Below are positions 25,407-38,895 of a DNA stretch of 64,000 nt, one piece after another. The stretch is from NCBI GenBank assembly GCA_907165135.1, contig OU015569.1:248001-312000 (forward strand). Direction: 5' to 3'. Below the pieces are notes generated by a model. That model ran no database searches. It was not told the DNA's origin and saw only the letters and a list, made by a program, of their open reading frames with translations. Numbering within the stretch: position 1 is the stretch's first letter; each line of letters opens with the position of its first letter. Origin of the DNA: Oikopleura dioica. Taxonomy: Eukaryota; Animalia; Chordata. Both the position numbers and the translations under genes were made by a program.

Positions 25407-28400
25407 ATGAAAAGACTTCGAAAGGTATTCGGCGGAAAGAAGGACTCAAAAAATGACTCGAGGAGGAACTCGATGGCTGGAGGTAAAGATACTAGTAGAT
25501 TTCTAGAACTGCGTATTTACGGTGCTTTTCAAGAACCGAAAGACGCGTCCTCCCTCCGGCTGACGGACAGTTTCAATACCCCCTTGCCCAAGCTGCATGC
25601 CGCTGCGAAAGCTGGCGACTTGATGAAAATGGAAAAGGAGCTGAGAAAGCTGGGCGCGACTGGGGTAAACAGCAAGGACGACATTGGCAGGACGCCGATC
25701 CACATTGCCGTCATCTATGAAAAGAAGGAGGCCTTGGAAATGCTGTGCAAGCAGCAGCAGAAGAATTTAAATGCCACGGATTCTGGTGAGTCCCTTTTTG
25801 GGGCTACTTTCTTGTTTATCGAAAAAATTCAGATTTACGGACTCCTCTGATGTACGCCGCAGAATTGGGCAACATCGACGCAGTGGAAACGCTGATAAAA
25901 TACAAATGCAACATCAATTGCAAAGACAGATTCGAATCGAACGCGCTGCACTACTCTTGCTACGCGAAGAAGCTCTCGCCCGTCGTGGAAAAGCTGCTAG
26001 AAAACGGACTCAGCCCGAATGAACCGAACACGCAGGGAGATACGGCGATGCATATTGCTGCGAAAGAGGACAAAGCTGATTTGATGGAGATTTTGTTGAA
26101 GTACGATGGAGAGCTGAACAAACCAAATCGAGCTGGTTTAACGTGAGTATTGTGAGAAGATATTTTTTTTATTATTGAAAGCGTTTTTTCATTTAGTATT
26201 CATTTATTTTGCAAGATTTTCGACCGTTACAGGTCTTTTTCAGGCAGAAATAAGGGGCAGAACCAAGAAAAGGAAGTAATTTTATGGGTCTGGGGTTTTC
26301 ATCGGCCGGTAGGCCAAATAACGCGATCACATTGACAATGGATCTTGGATCATGTTGATTTCATTTCATATTTTTCCTCTTTAAGATTTGAATCGTTCAG
26401 TCGGGTGATTTTTGTTTGTTTTTCAAAAATTTAACATGGGCTCCATTTTATTTTTGATGAATCTTTCGAGCTGGAGACCCTGTTAAATATCCTTAAAACG
26501 AGGTCAAAAAGGTCCCTTTTATTTACGCACCCTAAAAAGTCCGCCCTTCCCATTTTGACCCCCTTTTTTAAATAAAAATTTGCTTTCGATCTTTCAAGTG
26601 GTTTCTCTCAAATTTGTCATCATCGTTTTTTTTAGTCCTTTGATGGTGGCGGCGAAAGAAGGAAGACACAACGTGGTAAATCAGCTAACAGCAGCTGGAG
26701 CTAAGCTAAATATTTGCGATGCGGATGAAAATGATGCTCTGAAACTGGCGCAAATCGCTGGTCACGGTGGCATCGCGGGCCATTTGAAAAGTAAACTGGA
26801 GGAAGAGAAGCTAAAGCAGCCTGCGACACCGGCGTTTGCAAGCAGCTCCGAAAGCGATTCGGAAATGTCGTCGACGGAGTCGGACTCGGGCAGCGAGACC
26901 GAGGAGCATTCTTTCAGCAGCAATAGATTTCCGCCACTTCCAGTTAATCAAGTTCCGCAAGTTTCCGCGGCGCCGCCAAAGACCCACCCGAGCACAAACG
27001 TCGACACGGGAAAGAAGAGCAAGCAAAAGCCCTCTGGAAGCAACGTCGACACTGGCAGCTGGAACGACACGACAGAATCGTTTTCAGAACCGCCGAAGAA
27101 GCCAAAGAAGCGATTCAGCTTCAGTTGGGGTTCCTCAAAGAGCAGCTCGACGAAAAGCATTAAAAATGCAGAGACGAAGATTTCCAAAGACCTCATCGGA
27201 CAAACTGCTGATCCTCCCAGCTCCAGTGTCGATCCGCCGAGTTCTAGCGTGGACCCACCTCCTCGAGAACTAAGCGTAGATCCTCCTCCTCCAAATAACT
27301 CAAAACCAGCGTCGAGAAAATCGTCAGTGAAAAACGACGAGAGCGAGGAAAGCGACTGGAAGAGCTCCCAAGAATTCGTTCTTCCAGAAATTCTAGCGAA
27401 AAACTCGACCGGGTCGATTGGCGACGTAGACTACGCTGGAATCGTGGCCAAACATGGCCTTGGCCTTGTCGATAAAGAAGCAGAGAAGAGAAAAAACAGC
27501 GAGATTTTAGAAGAACTGCAACATCGCGGGGAACGGCCGAAACAAGTCAATACATTGTACCAAGCAAAGGATCTTGAACCACCACAGCCGCATCCGCAAA
27601 CTAAAGATCCGTTTATGATTGATTTTTCTTCCGATGAAGACTTTGATGCTGATTCTGACGATCAATTGGAGAGAGCGATCAGTCCACAGCCGCCAGGAAA
27701 TCCCCCAGAAAAGAAGACAAACGCAAGTGAAGACAACGAAGAGAACAAAATCGAGGAAGAGTCAGACTGGGATGATACCCCCTGTTCATCCCTCAGGCAG
27801 CCCTCACATGATCTGACTATTGCCAAGTCGAAGGAAGAAGGAGCGATGGGAAAATCCCTCGAGCCTCATTCTGAAGAAGATGAGTCCGAACTCGTGCCGC
27901 TAGAAACCAAGAAAGAGGAAAAGACAAATGTGCCCGGCCAAAACGCAGGTTTCAACCCCATTCCAGTGCAGGGATCTCCGTCGGAAGCGAGAGATAAAAA
28001 CGAGGAGATTCCGACAGATTCGGAATCTGAATGGACCGACTCGTCAGATTCGTCGATGGGAGGCAACATTGAAAACGTCAAGAAGAGCAACAACATCTTC
28101 AACCATGATTTTTTCGGAAGCGACAAAGAAGGCACTTCCCAAAAATCCTCAAATCCCATGTCGCCGAGAACAGAGACGCCTCACTCGAGCGTCATTTCTC
28201 CAAGGCCAGATGGAATGTCTCCCCAACCTTCGTCAGAAACAAACAAAAGCGAACGAACGCCCTCATCCTCCGCTCAATCACCTCTTCCTGAAACGACGAC
28301 CTTTGAAGAATCAACTGTCAAGCGAAACGGTAAGTCAAAAATTATAAATCTCAGTTGTGAGTCTTCGTTGATTTCAAAAAGCGGAAGAAAATTTCTAACA

Positions 28401-31400
28401 GTAGTTGAAATTTTTGAAAAGTCATTGACGTCACCGCGCAGTTCTCTTATTTTTGGGAATAATTGACGATTTTTATGCTTATGCTAACAATCTCTGTTTG
28501 CTCTCCGTTCAAGTATTCTGAGCGCAAACTTTCATGTTTTTTTTCGGCTCTTCGATGAGCGAATTAAAATTATCGATCTTGTAACTTAGGCGATACTGAA
28601 CTGGGCTCTTCGAAAACATCAGTTGTTGTATTTTCTATAGAGATAATTAGAAAGCGTTATGTCTTTTCCTCTTTCGCGAGATGGAATCCGAAGAATTCTC
28701 TACGAAAGCATCGACTCTTTGCTAGGTATAAATTTATTGGGCGGTTTTTCTGATCATCTGGACTCGGCAACCTGTGTAAAAAACCTGAGTCAGCGTCTGA
28801 GAAATCTTTGAGGTTTTCTCCCCAGGTTGCCGAGACCAGATGATCTCTTTGAGGTTCGGAAAATTTCCGATTTCTGGTTTGTTTCTGGTAGTGATACTTG
28901 TTGGTATTTATCAATAGTTGAATTGGCTCTTCAGTGACAGCTCGGCAAACTCGATCTTTTCGGATTCGAGATTTATTCTGATGCGCTTTCGCCGCTCTGT
29001 TAGCTCAAGAGAAAGAAGGTAGTCAGAGTAAGTGTAGCTCAGTATGTGCGCTTGAGTGACGAGGACACAGGGCTCGGCGCAAGTAAATCGTCTAAAATTA
29101 CGCTCCAGATGCAACTGAGTCCAACGGTGTGCCAACAACTCAAGAGTCGTGGCGTCACTACTCTAGCTACCAAAAAGCAAAGCTCCATCGTTTTTCAACA
29201 GAACAATACCAACTTTCACTCTTTTTGTCTTTTTGATATGAAAAAGAAAAAACATTTTTGGAGCGCCGCAATTCACATTTTTGACTTTTGCTAATCTAAA
29301 ATAGAGATGTAAAGAAAAAAGAGAGAAAAAAAGCTGAACTGACTTTACCGCGGAACAAGTTTTTGGTAGCACTTATATTTAATTAAAAAATTATGTGCTT
29401 GTCTCAGAAGAGTCTTTTTTTCTTCAACTTGTGCTTTGAATTCAAGTAATTCTAGTGCCAATATCTGAATTATTCATCAGCAGATTCAGATGAAATATTT
29501 AGTCACTGAGCAACCTGTGTAGAAAACCTGAGTCAGGGTCTGAAAGATATTAAATGAAAAGCCTCGTAATGGGGTAATGATCTTTCAAACCCTGACTCAA
29601 GTTTTTCTACACATGTTGCTCAGTGACTGAATATTTCATTTAAATCTGCTGATGAATAATTCAGATATTGACACTAGAATTACGCCCTTCCATAATAGTA
29701 ATAATCAGCATTACTCAATAACTTGAAAATTGAAAATATATACTCGAGATTATATCCTACAAAACTATTACTATTATTTTTGTCGCAAATAAAACAAGTA
29801 CTTGCGAGTAAGAGAGCAACTAAGAGAACGCTTCAATTCAACTGAAAATTGTTCATTTCAAGTTTTTGAATTGCGGCGCGTGTGTTTTACAAGCTCCAAA
29901 TTAGTTATCGCAAAAACATGAAGGCATAACTCTCGTTCTGAGCATGGCTCTTTGAATGAGTGTTTATTCTTCACTTGAGTTAGAATAGATTTGGTGCCCT
30001 AAGTAACGGAACAAACCAAAGATTAAAACCAACATCCGGAGCAGTGGCTTTCTTCAGCTGACAATAAGCAAAGCAGTAGAATAATAAAAATTAAATTCCG
30101 CTTTTCAGAACGCGACGAGGAACTAGCGGAATCGGAATCTGCCACCGCAGAGAGCACGAACGCGGCGCTGGTCGCAGATCCGCCCACTGAGCAGTTGGAC
30201 AACATGGAAACGTCGGAAAACAACACTTCCAAGTTCCTCGATGACGATCCCTACATCTGCGTGCGCCAGCGCAAGGAGCAGTTCCAGAAGATGGACGTCC
30301 CCCTTGCCGCCTCGATGAACAAAGACCCTACCATCCAGCCGCAGTATTCAAACAATCAGCCGATAAAGTCGGCAAGCAAGAGCTCCCTCGGATCCGTCAC
30401 TTCCACATCTCGCACGTCATCGCAGCCCGCCAAGCCAGTGGTGAAACCAGCCTCGAACTTTTCTTCCATCGATCATCGCTCTGGATTGTCAAAGTCATTT
30501 GGAGGTAAGATTTTGAGAAGCCGCAAATCTTTCCTTGATTTGGTGGAAGTTTTCCGCCGTTCTGAATTAACTGTCAATATTTAGCGGAAGAGGATCTTGC
30601 CCAGTCGATCACTTCCTCTGCGGACTTCGGCCGAGTGACCCCGATCGGCTCAATGACAGACCTGACCGGCTCACGCCAATTCGACGACATTTCTAAAACG
30701 AAGAACGCGTCGAAGTTGCAGAGCGAGCTCCAACGATCGGACCCGTACTTGGCCAAACAATCGGAATTGTACAAAGATCTCACCTCGCAGAATCAATTGA
30801 ACGAGCGTGATTGTATTATCAAGACACAAAAGGAGTCGATCAAGGGGCTCCAGCACGAAGTTAATCATCTCAAGGAACTGCAGCGGGCGAACTGGGCGGC
30901 GAATCGATCCAATGAGTCCTTCGCCGAGCACGAGGACCTGAGCCAGAAGAACTTGCAGTTGACGATCGAGGTGAGCGACTTGCGGGAAAAGGTCGACGAA
31001 ATGATGAAAAAAGAAGCGGAATACGAGCGGCAAAAGAACGAACACTCGAAAGTCAGGGAGCTAATAACCGGCATCAACGAGTCGAACATGCGCAATCTCG
31101 AGAGCTTCGAAGACCAACTCAAGAAGCGCGCCATCGCCATTGAAAAACTGCGCGGCGATTTAGACGAGAAGCGGGCGCGGCTGGACAGGGCCGAGAATGA
31201 AATTACGCTTTTGAATGAGACGAATGCGCGGCTGCGCGTCGAGGCAGACAAGGTCACTCAGCAGGCGACGCTGGAGAAGCAGATCGAGGATCTCAAGGAA
31301 GAGAACAAGCAGATCCGCCAGAACACGGAGATGACGGACAAAATGCACGACATGAAGCACGAGTTCCAAACGCGCCTCGGCGAGTTGGAGAAAGAAAAGG

Positions 31401-34400
31401 CCGAGCTGGCTAAAGAAGTTGCATACACCAAGGACGTTATCGCTGACAAGAGTGGGCGATTGTCGCACGCCGAGGCAGAGCTGCTCGAATTCCGCCGCAC
31501 GGATCCGGTGCTCCGGCGAAACAACGAGGACCAAAAGCGCGAGATCGACTTTTTAAAGACGCAAGTGTCGAGTTTGGAGGCAAAATCTGCCTCCGAGTCG
31601 GCCAAAATCATCAGGCTTAACGAAGAGAGCGAGCGGCTTAGGGACAATCTCCTGGCTTCGGAGACAAAGCTCCAGTCTCAAGTCGAACAAATGCGCAGCG
31701 CAGAAGTGGGCAACACGGAGGCCGAGAAGAGCCTGGCGGCGGAGCGGGCCAAGGTGCTCAAGCTGCGCAACGACTGCGACAACTACCGCACGGAGGCGCT
31801 GAATACGGCCAACGAAAAGGAAGAGGTCAAGAATCAGCTAGGCCTGGCGAATGACAAGCTTAAATTGGCGGAGACGCGAAGCAGGGATCTGGAAATGGAG
31901 CTGCGCAAGGCCAACCAAAGCATCGACCATCTGAAGGCGACTTCCGACGTAGCAATGAACGGCAACGACCACAAACTCGCAGTTGCCGAGTCCAAGCTTG
32001 AAAACGCGAACACACTCAACAGCGAGATGAAAGAAGAGACGCGCAAACTGGTGCAAGAAATCGACCAGCTCCGACGCGTCGACGTCGAGCAGACGAAAAA
32101 GATCGCCCAGCTCGAGGCACAGGTAGATTCAGGAATGGAGTTTATTACAGTAACATAGCTAGCCTGTTTCTTTTCTCTTTCGTTTTTTTTTGCTTTACTA
32201 ATTATTGAAAATGCGCTTCGAATGTTTCGAGCTACTCAACCTCGAATCTGCGTGCATGTTTCAGCTTGTTTTTTTTTCTAAATCAGTTTTCTAATTTCGG
32301 CAGTTCTTTATATTTTCTTTCAAAAATCTTGAATGTTGCAAGTATAAAAAAGAATAATACAAGAAAAATAAACTAGCCGATGTTAGAAAAGACCAATTGA
32401 CGGAGCGACGAAAAACTGCGACAAAATTTACGTGGGCGGCTTCTCAACTGCTCATCGGTAAGTTGGACAAATAGAGGCTTCTGATTGGATAAAACGAGAA
32501 CCTGTATTTAAAACCAGCCCACCAATCCGCAGCTGAAAATCCGCCCACGCAATCTTTGTCGCATTTTTTGTCGCTTCGTCAGTTTTACTCAAAGTAACAA
32601 CTTTTGCTTTCCCAAATCTATGTGAGAAATATATCTCATTTTCTCAAATAGATGTGAAAAAGTGCTTGAAAGTTTTTTGCTTGAAAATATTTACTGACCA
32701 TACTATTGGATAAAAGTTCTATAAAACCGAAAATCAGGAGTACTTGTTTAAACGCCGCAAAGACAACCAGAGCAAGAGCTCGTTGACGCTGCGGGAGCAA
32801 GAATGGATGCGCGAGAAAATGCAGCTCAACGACGAGCTGCACAAGCTCAAGCTCCAGTCGAACGAGGACAGACGACAGTTGCAGAATCTGCAGGCCAGGG
32901 AAAAGGTAAAAATTCCTTTAAACTTCAAAGAAGGAAGGAGCATTTTTTGCTTTGTTTGCGCTGTTGACAGCCGCGTAAATAATGTTTGTCAAGGAGAACG
33001 CGTCAGAGCAGGCGCAAAAAATACAAATACTCGAGGCCGAAGTCGCCGCCAAATCTGAGGACTTGGGCAGATTCAAACGACTCAATGAAAAACAGTATCG
33101 GCAACTTATCGCTCAGGAAGAAAAAGGTAAAAAATGACCCCTTCTTTGAATTAAAAAAAAAACGGGAAAACAGGCGACAATTTTTTTTGTCGCTCGCGAT
33201 TCGGGAGGGGGTGGCTTTTCAGGTGACTACTGGCCATTTGGCCAAATACGAGTTTCTTATTTGTTAAAAATTTGTCGCTGGAAAAAAGCTGAAAATCTGA
33301 AATTTAAATTGTCGCGGATTTAAAAACGCTATTTTTCGACAAAATCGGTATTTTTGTCGCGGACAAAAATGTCGCATTAAAAATAAGTCGCTCGGAAAAA
33401 GAGTCGCAAAAATAGTCGCGAAAAACAAGAATTTCATCGAAGAAATCGCATTTGCGATTTTGTCGCAGGGGAAATTGTCGCTTCCGCGACAAAAGGGGTT
33501 TGACTGCAGCTTGATGGATATTTTTGTTTATTGTGTTGAGTTGAGTTGCTGATGATTAGGAGGAGGAAGATAGTTCTGGGAGTTAAATGACCCTTTCTCT
33601 GTTGGTTGGGCGCCCTCTTAGAGTGGCCAAACACTCCGAGTGTTTATTCTTTACAGGAGACTTTCACGTTTTTTTCTTGATCTTTTTGTTTTTGTTGTTT
33701 TGCAGAAAATGGAGCAGTAGTCAGATAGAAGAAGCGCGGTCGAGAATTAACCAAAATCCAGATTCTCACTTTTCAAAATGGCGGAAATGAAGAAGAGCGC
33801 TTTCTGCTGCCCACGGGCGCAGGAGTCAAGCACTGGAAAGCCGACCATCGTGGACAAAGACATTTCCCAAAATCAGCAAAAATTCCACTCGATGAGAAAA
33901 CTCAAGAACGAGCAGTCCACGCTCCACCAAGAACAACTCACTAAGGAATCAAATGTTGACACTTCATTTTTTTTTGTTTTCTGATCTGCTTTTTCGATGA
34001 CTAAATATTTGAATTAACGATCGGGGAAAAATATTCTTCTAATGTATTAAATTAAATATTTTAATATTTTTTGATAAAGTACAAAATTTCAAAAGATGAT
34101 AACAAATTTTTCTAGAGATCATGTTTGACCATGTCCAAATCAAAACTCGATACCCTGTGTAAAAAACCTGAGTCAGGTTCATTTTATCTCTATTCAGAAC
34201 CTGACTCAGGTTTTCTACGCATGTTACTAAGCACATGCCTATATGCCCATTTTCAACCAATGAAAATGCTCAAAATATGCAGTCAGCCAATCAGAAGTCA
34301 GAATTAAATAAAATCCAAATTTTTGTCAAAATTTAAAAAAGGAGATGATCGAAGTGTCCCGCACGACAAACCGCCTGGTCAAGTCCTACTCCTCCCTTCT

Positions 34401-37400
34401 GACTGAGATTCAAACTATCAGGAAACAAATCGAGGCGGAAAACGAAGAAATCATTCTCGATCGCTTCACTGTCTGATTATCCATTTGCCCATTTATCAGG
34501 ATTATTATATTTTGTGATTCATTTTTATTTTTTTGGCTCTTTTTTAGTTTATAAATATTTTTGTCGGATATATGGAAGTCTGTAGGAGGGTAGTAGTATT
34601 TTGATTTTCTTGTTGACAAACAGAAATAAGGGTGTCATCGTGTTAATCAAAGGAAAAAAGGGCGCGTATGAATACGATTTTGATTTCTAATCTTTAAAAA
34701 CTTGAAAAGCCGCGCGCGGCTTTGAGAAACACAATGAAAAAGCCGCGCTTTCACATTATATCTCAAAGCCGCGCGCGGCTTTTCCATTTTTAAAGGTCAT
34801 AAATCATAATCGTATTTATCCGCGCCCTTTTTTCCTCTGATTAACACGATGACACCCTTATTTTTCTTGATCAGTAAAAAGACCTAAATTCAGGAAAAAA
34901 AGCTGGGGGAATATCAAATTCTTGATATCCCCCCGATTGAGTATTTGAAGGAGGAAGTAAGCTTATGTAATCGGCATTTTTTGGCATGTCAAGAATTCGA
35001 ACTGCTTACACAGGCTTAATTGTCCTTGTTGAATTGGAAACTGGATCGTCGAGTGTCTTTGTTGCCAGTCGTATAAGCAGAGAATAAATTAGACTCGTGC
35101 CATTTGAATCTTTCGAAAATGGTTGGAGAGATCAGCAGAACTGTCATTTTAGGAATTGGTCTAGCAAGTAGCAAGGGATAGAGAAAGAGAAAAAGGTTGT
35201 AGCCATTTTCAGAGAAATTTCGTACTACAGTGCGGTGCAAAAATTGCGCGGAAAGAAATTCGAGAATCACCCGATCAAAGTCAAGCGTTTATTGATAGAA
35301 TCATACAAGCACGCGAATTAGAACTATAAACTGTCAAGCTAGAGTAAATCAGTCACACCCCTCCCCTGTTATTTTTCTTTTCCCGCTCATAAATCATAAA
35401 CGCCCTTTTCGTCCTATAATGGTAACTTCCAAGGTCACGCCGGTCAGGAAGAAACGCAGCTGCTCAGAAGAGAAATCGAAAATCTCAAACTTCAAACGTA
35501 AGTTTTTTTACTCAATGATTTTAGTAAATTTATAACTTAACGAAGTGACACCCTTATTTTGTTAGCACACTCATTCAGTCTCTTTTTAAAAGCAAGCTAG
35601 CTTTCCTTTTTTCAAAAAAAAATCGAAAATCCGCTTGCGGCTTTGAGCAACAACTTTAAATAGCCGCGCTTCGCGCGGCTAAGATGTTAATTACTCGAAG
35701 CCGCAAGCGGCTTCTCGATTTTTTCTTTTGAAATAGACGAAAGCTTGAAAAGAGCTTGGACGAGTGGTTGAGTCTTAATAAGCTTCTTATTAATTTGGTC
35801 TTTTTTTAAGGTCAAGTGTGAACAGCTCAGCGAACGATCAGATGATCAATCTTCGGAACGAAGTGGAGACGTTGAAAGCGAAGCTGCGCGTCGAACAGGA
35901 CGCGCGAAAGACGGCGCAAGGCGTTTCCAAAGAACTTCAAATGAAACTTGACCGGCTGCGGATTAGAGTCGCCCAGGTAAAAATTTGAAATTCGAAATCT
36001 CCGAATCACGACAATCTCGTAATTACGCGATTCCTCTTCCTTGCTATCAAATTCTTAAAAAGAATCATCTAGAAAAAGGCCAAGTTCGACATCAAGGACA
36101 TCGAGGAAATTCAAAAGCGCTACCGGGAGGAGTCCCAAGCCGATTTGGAAAACAAACTCGCTCAAGTCAACCAGTTCCTTCACGAGCAGCAACTGCGCAA
36201 TGAGAAGCTCGACAGATTGAAAGCCGAAAATTATCAAAATGACTTGAAGTACCAGGTCAAACGCATCGCGGAATTGGAAGCAGAGGTTGCCAGATATAGG
36301 TAAGAAAGGAGGCGCGGAAACCTGTGTAGAAAACCTGAGTCAGGATCTGAATTTCAGATTTCAGGATCAGATTTCAGATCCTGACTCAGGTTTTCCACAC
36401 AGCTTGAAAAGTAAGGGTACTTATTGTAACTGTAATTAGGGACAATTCGTTCGGATTCGAGTACGAAAAGAACTCCAAGTACAAAGACTTGTACAGGCAA
36501 GAAACTGCGGCGCGGGAAAAGTCGGAACACGAATCGTCGGCGATGAGGAAGCGATTAATGGTAAGATCGCGATTCTTTCTTGATCCCGTCTTACCGATTT
36601 CGAAGGAAATAGAAGACAGACTCGCGACATCGGAGAGACGCAACAATCTCAGCCAGAGTTATCTCAACCAGAGCTTCGGGGGCAACACGTCGGGCTACGG
36701 AACAAGCAGATTCAACACGAGCGACAGGCTCAACTCTTCCTCGCTGTCAGCTACCTTGCCGCTCGAAGGGAGCTCGCTAAGGCGAATGTCACCCGACTTG
36801 CTTTCTACCCAGGGACTTTATAGGTGAGCTGAAGCTATTTGTACATCAGTAAAGGGCGTTTCACCCAAAAATTAGCGAAAGGAAAGCTATCAATTCCTCT
36901 GAGTCCTTCCCTAAATTTAATATACTAACACTTTATTTGGGATACCCTCCGTGTGCCGGGAAAACCTCCGTGTGCCGGGATTTTGGCCAAGAATCCCGGC
37001 ACACGGAGGGTGGCGTTCTAGAGGCTTCAAAAAGTCCGTGATTTTGAACCAAGAATCTCCTCAAATCGTGTGTTTTTGAAGAGATACTAATTGTTAAATA
37101 TAATTCAAGACAGTCTTATCATTTTTTCGCCTAACCCTAACCCAAATAAAAGAAGAATACGGTCAAAAAATAAATAATCTGCTTGACGGACATAAGAGTC
37201 AATATAATAACATAATAAAACTTATTTTATGGATATAAATTCACAACATTCTTATCCAAATAGAAGATTTATAAATCCTTTGCAATTGTACATAGATAAG
37301 CATCGCCAAAACAATATTGTTCTTTACCCTGACCAAATATTAAAGAAGAACCCTTAGCAAAACCTTTAAAAAGACGGTGAGAGGGGATTTCTAGAACGTT

Positions 37401-37879
37401 TCGGATTTGACCCTCCCTGTGCCGGGATTTCAAGGTTTTTCCCGGCACAAGGAGGGTACCCGCTTTATTTGATCATAAAATTCGAAAAGACACTTGCGGC
37501 TTCGAGTAAAACTATTCAAAAAGCCGCGCGTAGTGCGGCTTGAAGTATGGTAATACTCGAAGCCGCAAGTGGCTTCTCAAATTTTATGATCAAATACGGG
37601 TGCTAGTATATTAACTTTAGGGAAAAACTCGGGCCAGTTCTTGATCTCTCACTATTTTAACACTTCCTCTTTTGAGAAAAAAGAAGCAGCGCCTCAGTGC
37701 GAGAATCGCGCATTTCAATAATATAATCCACAAAGCCGCTTCTCTTGTTTATTTATTGCTATCGATCGTGGCTCGTCTGTAATTCCTCTGTCTCAACCCT
37801 TTTTAGCCGCGTCGCTGACGCCGTCTCCCGCGCGGAAATGGACTCGAACGTGCGTGCCAGCCCGCTGCGGAGAATTTAA
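25407..37879 (+). CDS. ANKRD26: Ankyrin-repeat and coiled-coil protein of the ANKRD26/CCDC144 family
   Basis: N-terminus MKRLRKVFGGKK, then about 6 ankyrin repeats, a long acidic/Ser-rich region and a long coiled coil. The C-terminal LENKLAQVNQFLHEQQ...KYKDLYRQE resembles the ANKRD26 conserved tail. Confidence 0.75.
29446..29683. repeat. Near-perfect 238-bp palindrome: family-A core with approx. 60-bp arms not seen elsewhere in the window
   Basis: GTAATTCTAGTGCCAATATCTGAATTATTCATCAGCAGA... pairs with ...TCTGCTGATGAATAATTCAGATATTGACACTAGAATTAC. Confidence 0.9.
33778..34476 (+). CDS. Putative approx. 100-aa helical protein gene nested on the same strand in an ANKRD26 intron
   Basis: ATG at 33778, open exon to AAG|GA at 33945, acceptor AAAAAG| at 34341, second exon open to TGA at 34476 (EMIEVSRTTNRLVKSYSSLLTEIQTIRKQIEAENEEIILDRFTV). 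Confidence 0.45.
34624..34864. mobile_element. MITE family C (AAGGGTGTCA termini, possibly Kolobok-like)
   Basis: AAATAAGGGTGTCATCGTGTTAATCA...TGATTAACACGATGACACCCTTATTT arms with internal AAAGCCGCGCGCGGCTTT hairpins. Confidence 0.75.
36945..37456. mobile_element. Non-autonomous Tc1/mariner-superfamily element (512 bp)
   Basis: TA|CCCTCCGTGTGCCGGG...CCCGGCACAAGGAGGG|TA with repeated subterminal CTCCGTGTGCCGGGA motifs. No ORF. Confidence 0.75.
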
Positions 37880-38239
37880 TAAGAAAATTCGAAAATCGAA
37901 AAATCCAACCTTCAAAATTCCAAAATTTCAAAAAAGAAACAACGTCAATGACCTCAAAAAAGAAGAAACCCTACTTTTAAATATTCCTTCTATTTAAAAA
38001 TATTTCGTACTGTCTAAAGTTTAAACTCTGCCGAGCATTTTTCCTCCCTTTTTCTCAAATTGTAAAAAGCAAGAGTGTTTTTAAAAAAAGATCTTTATTT
38101 TTATATTGTCAAAAATCATTTTTATACTTCCGGAATTTCCAAAATTTAATGAAAAGAAACTCATTTTCTGTAAAAAACGAAAATAATAAACTTTTATTTA
38201 AATAAAATGTTCTTTTTTAATAAAAATCGCGGCGCTAGA

Positions 38240-38895
38240 ATGAGCGAGAACATGAGCGTCGACTCGAAGCAGGAAATCGGAGCAAAGGATCCTGTTGAGC
38301 TGCGATCGCTGCCAACAAGGAAGTACTTGGATGAAACGGTCGTTCCGCTTCTTCTTGAGGGACTTTCCATCCTCACCAAGGTAGGTTAAAATCGGCGAAA
38401 AGGCGGATTTTCAAGCAGTCTTTTCTTTAGCAAAATCTAATGAAGTGACGCCCTTAATTTTTCTGGTAAAAAGATAGAAATTTGTCTAAAAATCGGTATT
38501 TTTATTTCTCTGGGCTCGGGAGCCTGTGTAAGAACCTGAGTTAGGGCCGAATCGAGCTCTTTTTGAACCCTGACTCAGGTTTTTACACAGGTTCCCGAAC
38601 CCAGAGAAATAAAAATACCGATTTTTAAACAGATTTCAATCGTTTTTAGCAGAAAAATAAGGGTATCACTTCGTTAAAGCTCGCTAATTTAAAAGAAAAG
38701 ACTGATTGAAAATTAATGCGGAAACGGTGCTCGGCTGAAGTGAGCTCGAAGACCGCTTTGCTTTAGAAAGCAGTTAAGTTATTATCAATTTAGGAGCGGC
38801 CACCCACTTCTGAAAAAGCGGTCGAGTGGCTGGCAGCTTTTCTTTTGAAGAATAAAGAGTACAAATCGCAACAGGGCGTCACCTCCTCCCACTGA
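38240..38895 (+). CDS. DPY30: Dpy-30 histone methyltransferase complex subunit (2 exons)
   Basis: LPTRKYLDETVVPLLLEGLSILTK|ERPPTSEKAVEWLAAFLLKNK. Confidence 0.92.
38407..38713. repeat. Palindrome filling most of the DPY30 intron, with a family-A core at the apex
   Basis: Inverted arms ATTTTCAAGCAGTCTTTTC... / ...GAAAAGACTGATTGAAAAT, and TTATTTCT|core|AGAAATAA. Confidence 0.85.

Noticed and set aside
30574-32056. Several long antisense ORFs over the ANKRD26 coiled-coil exon, and similar shadows over COPB2, ALG9, CALU, MTRR and the SANTA gene
   Set aside because: These are the expected stop-poor reverse frames of GC3-rich or low-complexity coding exons, with no independent splice or start evidence.
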